From the human T2T-CHM13v2.0 reference genome, Homo sapiens, in the NCBI RefSeq assembly GCF_009914755.1, contig NC_060927.1: DNA of 64,000 bases; one strand, written 5' to 3'. Of this stretch, positions 55,431 through 64,000 are shown piece by piece. Below the pieces are notes generated by a model. It did no database searches. It worked only from the letters and a program-made list of their open reading frames with translations, and was not told the DNA's origin. A program made the translations under genes and the position numbers. The first letter of the stretch is position 1, and every line of letters starts with the position of its first letter.

Positions 55431-58363
55431 TGTCTTTGTCCATTTTGGCTGCTATAACAAAATACCTTACACTAAGTAATTTAAAAGCAACAGGATTTGT
55501 TGCTTACAGTTCTGAAGGCTGGCAAGTCCAAGATTAATGCACAAGTAGATTCAGTATCTAGTGAGGGCCTGTTTCTTATAGATGGCACTTTCTTGTTGTG
55601 TCTTCACATGGTAGAGAAAGCAAATAGGCTCTCTCAAGTCTCTTTTATGAAATAAGTAATCCCACTTATGAGGACTCCACCCTCATGACCTAATTTCCTC
55701 CTTTTAACAGTTCTACCTCTTAAGACTATTGAACTGTGGATTGGGTATCAAAGTATAATTTTGTTTGGGGAGCACAAACATTCAGACCATACATTTATGT
55801 ATTTCTCATGTGCAAAATACATCCATTACATCCTAAAAGTTCCCAAAGCACCAACTCAAAAGTCTAAAAGCCCAGAGTCTCATTTAAATATTATATAAAT
55901 CTTATATGAGTGAGACTCAAGGGTGTGATTCATCCTGAGGCAAATTCCACTCCAGCTATGAGCCTGTGAAATCAAACAAGTTACGTCCTTCCAAAATACA
56001 ATGGTGGGGCAGGCATAGGTTAGACATTGTCATTCCAAAATAGAGAAATAGGAAAGAAGAATGGAACACCAAGTATAGAGGTAGGACTTGTATTCCCTCC
56101 AACCTGTAATGAGGCCTACCACTCCAACCAATGTGTCAGTTAAGACTAAATGGGGAACTTGGACTTCTACCCACTACCTGACCAAATCTAAAGCCCACTA
56201 GGGAAAACATTTAATCCTAACCCTTGACAATAATCTTCTTTAATTCCATATTCTTCCTTCAGGACACAATAAAGAAAGGAGTGGGCTCCTGTGAACTATA
56301 GATGATCCCACTACCATGGTTTTGCCAGGTGACATCCACACTGCATCTATCACAGGTTGAAATCAAGTACTATATTAGTCTGTTCTCATGCTTCTAATAA
56401 AGACATACCTAAGACTGGGTAATTTATAAAGGAAAGAAGTTTAATTGACACACAGTTTCACATGGCTGGGGAGGCCTCACAATCATGGCAGAAGGTGACT
56501 GAGGAGCAAAGTCACGTTTTACATGGTGGCAGGCAAGAGAGCTTGTGCAGAGGAACTCCCATTTATAAAACCATCAGATCTCATGAGACTTATTCACTAC
56601 CACAAGAATAGTACGAGATAAACTGCCTCCATTATTTAATTATCTCCACCTGGCCCCACCCTTGATATGTGGGGATTATTAGAATTCAAGGTGAGATTTG
56701 GGTAGGGACACAGCCAAACCATATCAAGTACCCATGATTCTCCCAGGCTGGAATCACACTTTAGTGGTTCTAACAGTCTGAGATATTGAAAGCTGCCACA
56801 CCCTGACAGCGCCACAAGGCATTGCCCTAGTGGGAGCTTTCTTCAGTTGCCCCACCCTCATGTTCCAGTAGGTATTGCTCCAGTGGTGCAATGGTGTGGT
56901 GGCCCCATCCCAGCAGAAGTTCTCTGCCTGGGACCCAAGGCTCTCCCAAGCATTCTTTGAAATCTAGGTGGAGGAAGCCATGCCCCCACAGCTCATGACA
57001 GCTCATGCACTCTGCACACTTATGGAAATGGCACTGCTTGGACACCTATGGTAAACATAGATTTGCCACCTATGCCATCCAGAGGGGCAATCTGAGCCAT
57101 ATCTGGACCTGCTTGAGCCACACCTGGGGTGGTCAGAGTGCTGTGCCAAAATGTGGGGAGCAGAGACTTGAGGTTGCATAGGGCAGCAAGCTATGAGGTG
57201 CCTTGGGCACCTGAGATACCTCTTTTAACATCATTCTGTCCCCCAGGTTTTGGTAATCTGGGCCTGTGATGGGAGTAACAGGCCTGATGATCTTTGAAAT
57301 GCCTTCATGGCCATCATTCCATTGAATTGATGAATAATATCTGACTTCCTTCTATTCATACTAATTTTAGCAAAGGGTAGCTTGGCCACATCCTTGGTGT
57401 TCTCTCCCAAGCATGTTTTTTATTCTTTAAAACATAGCCAGGCTAAGAAATTTCCAAATCTTTAAGTTCTACTTCCCTTAATTTTAAGTTCTGTCTTTAA
57501 CTTGTTTCTCTCTTCTTGCGTTTTACTTGAAGAGGTCAAGAAAAGCCATGCCACACCCTCCACACTTAGTTTAGACATTTCTTCCACCAAATACCTTATT
57601 TTGTTTCTCTGAGGTTCTACCTTCCACAAAACACTAGGACATGAATACAGTTCAGCCAAGTTTTTTGCCACTTTATAACAAAGATCACCTTTCCTTCACT
57701 ATCCAGTAACACATTCCTCATTTTTATCTGAAACTTCATTGGAATGGACTCTGTGTCCATATTTCTATGAACACTGTTTACAACATCTTACATAACCTCT
57801 AAGAAGATTAAGGCTTTCTCCACAGCTCTCCTCTCTTCTGAGCCCTCACCAGAATTGTTCTTTATGATCCATTCACAGGAATATAGGCTTTTTCTAGCAT
57901 GCATCTCAGAACTCTTCCGGCATCTATCCATTAACATTTCTAAAGCTGCTTCCACATTTTTAGGTATTTGTTACAGAAGCACCTCACTCCTCAGCATCAA
58001 TTTCTGTATTAGCATGTTCAGACTGCTATAACAAAATACCTTAGACTGGATAATTTATAAACAACGGAATTTATTGCTTATAGTTTTGGAGGCTGTGCAG
58101 CCTAAGACCAAAGCACCACTAGATTCAGTGTCTGGTGATGGGCCCATTCCTCACAGATGGCACCTTTTTGCTGTGTCCTCATGTGGTAGAAAGGGTAAAC
58201 AGTCTCCCTCAAGCCTCTTTTATAAGGACACTCATTCCATTCATGAGGGAAGATCCCTCATGACCTAATTGACTCCTAAAGGCTCCACCTCTTAATATAT
58301 TACATTGCGGATCAGGTATCACCATATGAATTTGAAGGAGATACAAACATTCAGACCATAGCC
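55431..58363 (-). mobile_element. Complete MaLR provirus (MLT1A-type LTR - internal - LTR)
   Basis: LTRs 55431-55793 and 58005-58363; MaLR-int between them; 5-bp TSD TTGAG at 55426-55430 and 58364-58368. Confidence 0.88.
56371..56726 (-). mobile_element. THE1 solo LTR nested in the MaLR internal region
   Basis: tattagtctgttctcatgc...ggacacagccaaaccatatca; TSD AGTAC at 56366-56370 and 56727-56731. Confidence 0.9.
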
Positions 58364-58883
58364 TTGAGTTTCAAATCTATTCATAGGCACAGACAGCTCG
58401 GTAATTACAAGGTTGAAGATCGGGCTGAGGAACTCATCACTTTTATGCCATGTTAGACATCCTCTGAAGAATGAGGTCAGCATGAAGGAGTGACTGTGAA
58501 GGGGCTATGGCTGATGAGAGAAAAAGCCCCCAGGCAGGCCCACTGGATATTGCTCAGTGGGCCTAGGCAATGTTTACAAGTGTTGGCAGGAGTGCTTACC
58601 CACCACCCAACATCGTTAGTCTCATACAGCTTTTTCCAGAAGGGAGGACTGCCAGGAGGCTAGGGCTCTGCCAACACCATTTCTGATCCTGGCAATGAAA
58701 ACTCCAGAAATAAGCCTTTTGGATGCTGGGTTCTTAAATATAAAAAATCAGATCAGAACGAAGGAGGGAATATTGATGCAAGGGGAAGAAACTCTTTGTT
58801 CTCATTCACACATTTAATGACTCCAAAGTGAAATGGGGACATCAAAAATACCTTTCTTAGAAGGTTGATATGGGATAAATTAG

Positions 58884-59280
58884 GGCTATGATATGAATGT
58901 GTCCCCCAAGATTTATATGTTGAAACTTAAGTGTCAATGTGACAATATTATGAAATAGGCCTTTGAGAGCTGATTAAGCCATGAGGATAGAGCCTTCATT
59001 AATGGGATTAATGACCTTATAAAATGGCTGAAGGGAATCAGTCCTTTTGCCTTCTGCCTTCATGTAAGGACACAGCATTTGTCCCCTCCAGAGGATGTAA
59101 CAACAAGGCAACATCTTGGAGACAAAGAGATCAGGCCCTCACCAGACACGGAATCTTCTGGTGCCATAATCTTGGACTTCCCAGCTCCTAAACTGTAAGA
59201 AAATAAATTTCTGTTCTTTATAAATTACTCAGTCTCCAATCTAGGGTATTTTGTTATAGCAGCACAAATGTACTAGAACA
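58884..59280 (+). mobile_element. MSTD/MLT1A-type solo LTR inserted into a MIR
   Basis: TSD ATTAG at 58879-58883 and 59281-59285; MIR halves on both sides. Confidence 0.82.
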
Positions 59281-61040
59281 ATTAGGATAATATATATTAA
59301 GTGCTTGACATAATACTGTACAATGGCAAGCTTTCTATAAATGGTGACTGCTAAAATTAATATTATTTATATTCACAGTTAGATACATCTTACCACACAT
59401 GCAAATTTGCATGGCAGTATAAATTATAGCCATAAGGTTGTATAATACAAAGAAAAGCAGGGAAAATAGAATTGGGATTTGGAACCAATCCCAATTCCTG
59501 ATGCTCACATCTCTAAGAGCAGCAGAGTAGCCAAGCAGACTAGAACACTTGTGCTTAGACAAAGCTTCCTCTCAGAACCCCTCTTCCAGACCTTGCAGAT
59601 GCTTTCTAGCTCTCTGACTGCCTCTTTAGATGTGTTAATACTAGAAGATAGGCCAATGTTTAAGCTACTTTTTGTAGAGAGCTCATTACATTCATGCCCT
59701 TTAGATTTACTCTAATCCATCAGAGCATCCTAGTATTCAAGGGTTGTGAAGATTCCTCACTGATCTCCCAATACTGAGTCAACATAGCTTAGGGGTTATT
59801 TTTGTCCATAGCCATGTCCTCACTTCTCTATTTGATCAACCCACAATTTCATTAAAAATTAATCATCTTTCTGAAAAATAGTGCATAATAAAAAACAGGT
59901 GTTTTATAACTCATCCTCTGGTCTAAAGGAACACATCAGTTTACATTTGTGCTATGAATGATTTTATAACATTATAGAAGTATGAAGGTTTGTTTGCTCT
60001 GTAATGAAGATGAAAATTCAAGAGGCTTGGAATTCTTCTTTTCTTTTCTGTCTACATTTCTGAAGTATTCTTAACTATTCTTGGAAAAAAACTGATTACC
60101 TGTTCCTTTGATGAGTAATAATATAAGCCAGATGCTTAGAAAACCAGGATGATTTCCTTTGTTTTATAACTAATGTAGCTAGTGAAAGAAAAGTGAATTT
60201 GTAAAATGAGAAAGAATATTTACAATAAAACCTAACTATTTGGAATCTCCCAAGAAAGCCTCTAAAACATAAAAGATGCAGCACAAGCTCAATAATTATA
60301 AACTGTTACAATTATTACTCTTTAAAAATGAGTCTTCTATAAGAATTTTGACAGGGATTAATACACAAAATTACAAATATACAGAATAAGTAAACTTTTA
60401 AGTCTTTATCTTTACAGTATATTTTTCAAATAAAGCTTTAAGAGAATTTCCAGCAATTCAGATAGAGCTCACCCACACTTATAGTACAATCTATTTGCTC
60501 CAAAACATATAATCATATGATAACCTGAGTAGCAAATGCAGAGAAAGGTCTGCCTTCTCAATACATTTTTGATTTACGACATTTTAAACTTACATTGGCT
60601 TTTAGAAGTTTATTTTTCAAAACAGTTTAAAGCTATATGGAAATTGAAACCTGGTAAACAGATCACATTTCTATTTTCTTTCCTAAAAGTTGTAATACAC
60701 AATTTAAGAACATTTCATATGTGATAACTGATTATTTCTGTCTTCTTGCCTTTCAAAAAGGCTGTATCTATAGATGCAAAATCACTCTTATGTTCCCATT
60801 TATATGTATTTGCCTTCAAATTGACTTCTTGAAACAGAAGTTACTTCTATTTCTATAAGCAGAAATATAGTATCATGTTTAACTTTGCTTCAACATTGAA
60901 CTAAAGTGATAAAACATCCAAGCTAGAAGAGAAAACACTCTGGGCTGTGAAGAAGAAGGAGGTGACTGAGGAGAAAAGGCAAAAAGATGGAGTTCTCTTT
61001 CCAGTTCTACCATTAACAAATGGACTCTCATTTACCGATA

Positions 61041-62450
61041 CAAAGAGTCCCCAACTTCCAATAACTCAACTATGCAACTTTACAATGACATGAAAGTGAT
61101 ACACATTCAGTAGAGCCTGAACATTGAATTTGGAATTTTGCTATTTTCCCAGGCTGCAGTATAATATTTCCTGGTAATGTGGGGCAGCACCACTGACGCC
61201 AGTTAACCATGCTAAGGATGTAACGTTCTGAGCACATTTAAGGTAGGCTGGGCAGAGCTATGATATTCAGTAGGTTAGACATACTAAATACATTTTTGGC
61301 TTATGATATTTTCAAGTTATAAACTTATTGTGTATCGGGGGAAACCAGCCCCCAATATTCAAAGTGAGTCCTTTTCTATTTTCCCTAAGCGTCGGCTGGT
61401 CTGAGAAATAAAGGGAAAAGGTACAAAAGAGAGAAATTTTAAAGCTGGATGTCCAGGTCAGACATCACATGTCAGCAGGTTCCGTGATGCCCCCAAAGCC
61501 ACAAAACCAGCAAGTTTTTATTAGTGATTTTCAAAAGGGGAGGGAGTGTACAAATAGGGTGTGGGTCACAGAGATCACATGCTTCACAAGGTAATAAAAT
61601 ATCACAAGGCAAATGGAGGCAGGACGAGATCACAGGACTGGGGCGAAATTAAAATTGCTAATGAAGTTTTGGGCATGCATTGTTATTGATAACATCTTAT
61701 CAGGAGACAGGGTTTGACAGCAGACAACCTGTCTGACCAAAATTTATTAGGAGAGAATTTCCTCGTCCTAATAAAACTGGGAGCACTCTGGGAGACCGGG
61801 GCTTATTTCATCCCTTATATCCCTTATCTACAACCATAAAAGACAGACGTTCCCAAAGCAGCCATTTTGGAGACCTCCCCTTGGGAAAGCATTCTCCTCA
61901 GGGATGTTCTTTGCTGAGAAAAAGAATTCAGTGATATTTCTCCTATTTGCTTTTGAAAGAAGAGATATATGGCTCTGTTCTGCCCAGCTCTCAGGCAGCC
62001 AGACCTAGTGGTTATCTCCTTTGTTCCCTGAACATCGCTGTTATCCTGTTCTTTTTTCAAGATGCCCAGATTTCATATTGCTTAAACAATTTGTACAGTT
62101 AATGCAATCATCACAGGATCCTGAGGTGACATACATCCTCCTCATCTTATGAAGATGACAGGATTAAGAGATTAAAGTAAAGACAGGCAGAGGAAATCAT
62201 AAGAGTATTGATTGGGGAAGTGATAAATGTCCATGAAATCTTCACAATTTATGTTCAGAGATTGCAGTAAAGACAGGCATAAGAAATCATAAAAGTATTA
62301 ATTTGGGGAACTAATAAATGTCCATGAAATCTTCACAATTTATGTTCTTCTGCCATGACTTCAGCCAGTCCCTCTGTTCAGGGTCCCTGACTTCCCACAA
62401 CAATTGGATTTATAAGGACATAATCCCATCATAAGTCAAGGAGCATCTGA
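61041..62450 (-). mobile_element. MER82-like TcMar-Tigger element split by MER11
   Basis: ttctgagcacatttaaggtaggc...gatattcagtaggttag; terminal cccatcataagtcaaggagcatctg. Confidence 0.7.
61333..62402 (-). mobile_element. MER11 solo LTR (ERVK, HML-8)
   Basis: tatcgggggaaaccagccccc...ggtccctgacttcccacaaca; ~1.07 kb, with the family's internal ~90-bp duplication. Confidence 0.88.
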
Positions 62451-63591
62451 ACATAAATAGGGTTTACTAGGGTTGCTTTTAACTCATTCTAATGGTCTAT
62501 GACTCTAAATTATTTCTTAAAGGAGGTTCATACAAAACTGAGACCCTTGCCACAGTATGTTTTAGAGCAATCAAGACCACAGAAGAAAAAAAAAAGTTGC
62601 TATTTTCCCATAAACTGCATTTTTAGTGAAAGTCAGTTTTCTAGAAATTTCTACTTTCATTTGAGAGTTTACTATACTGGGAACCCTGGTCTGAAAGGCA
62701 TAATGCCTGTCATTTAGTCCTTCTACCCAAGAGCCTTTTATTATTGGTAAATTCTATTTCATTCCTATTCATGATGTACTATAACACCAAGAGCATTGTC
62801 CTGAATGTTTACTTTGTGTTTTATGTGTGAGCTCATCTCACTTTGTAAAGCAATCAAGTCATTATTGGGCCAACTCTCTGAAGTTGAGTAGTTTTCTAGA
62901 ATTAAAGGAATGGTAGGGTTTCCTGTGGTACCATATTGAAAATCTGTCTCATATTTCTGTTCCACTTTAGCTCCCAAGCTTTCCTTCATTGAAGGGAGTG
63001 AGATTGAATTGGGGATACCAGGAACCTGGTTTTGTTTTGGATGATTTTTAGTAAGTTATTTCTATTGAAGAAACTTCTTCAATAAGAAAACACAAACTAC
63101 ATAAGTGCCCATGATTTTCTAATTAAGCAAGTTCTGCTGTTACTGTGGGGTCACTGATGACTAACAATCTCATTCAGTCTCTGGGGCCCACAACTATTCT
63201 GATATTTCAACAACTAGAAGGAAAACCCGTAGCCTATGGACATGTGAATGCCAATTATTCTCTTGAACATGACCCAGAAAAACCTGCAGCACACCTGCCA
63301 ACTCTCACAAGCAGGTGCTAGCCTTGTGTCTGTGTCCCTGTAGGACACTGATCCTTTTTCTTACCATTTACAGGGATTCTCAAACTTTCAACATTTCTGT
63401 GTGATTGAATTGCAATGTTACAAAAAAAGGAAAAGAAAGGATATATAGGCCAAAACTTGATGTTTAAAAAGACTGGCTTCCCCCAAAAAAATAGAAATTA
63501 AAATGCTTTAGTTCTAATACTTTTTCAGAAAATAAAATCAATACGCATTTGATGTAAAAGTTACATTCTAACAAAAATAAAAACCTCTAAG

Positions 63592-63715
63592 TGAATATAT
63601 GTATATATATATTCATATATGTATTCGTATATGTATACATGTATATATATATATGAATATATAAAATACATATTCATATATGTATATATGCACATATATA
63701 TGCATATATATATGC
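63592..63715. repeat. (TA)n-rich low-complexity repeat
   Basis: Direct reading. Confidence 0.9.
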
Positions 63716-64000
63716 AAGAGTCTTCAATATGATAGAGGAGTAATTCTCTTTTGAACATTCACTCAAAACAACTCTAATTTAGGCTTTTCATCATGGATAA
63801 AAAGAGTTCCTGGAAATTTGTACAACTAATAAGTTGGTGCCTTAGACCTGATGTCTGTATCTTTATCAACATTTTTTGATAACTGGAAATTGTAGCTGTT
63901 CCATATTAAAATGGATTTAATATTCTATTTCAATTTTGTGGCAAGTGCCAAACTAGGAGAAACTGTTAACATTATGGGAAAGTTACGGGCTAAAGTTTCA

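Noticed and set aside
62177-62347. ~90-bp direct repeat with short spacer
   Set aside because: Intrinsic to the MER11 LTR; not CRISPR-like or novel.

Overview
Primate (human-like) genomic DNA, judged from AluJ/AluS, L1PA, THE1 and MER11 content. The only protein-coding sequence I can support is the 3' end of STAC (STAC1, SH3 and cysteine-rich domain adaptor) on the + strand. It has three GT-AG coding exons (11897-11948, 12049-12186, 29396-29494) encoding most of the tandem SH3 domains, then a ~1.7 kb 3' UTR with two AATAAA signals. Bases 1-11896 and 12187-29395 are STAC introns; ~31250-64000 looks intergenic. The rest is mostly transposon-derived, and almost all tracked ORFs are spurious or repeat-derived. 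I found no credible novel multi-gene system. The best observations are structural: (1) a TSD-flanked composite insert resembling an L1 3' transduction; (2) a fossil template-switching mosaic in an L1MC; (3) an inverted local copy captured inside a complete MaLR provirus; (4) two 5'-inverted L1s; (5) a candidate poison exon and Alu-based circRNA geometry in STAC. Repeat subfamily names come from remembered consensus sequences, not a database search, and boundaries of old repeats are approximate.
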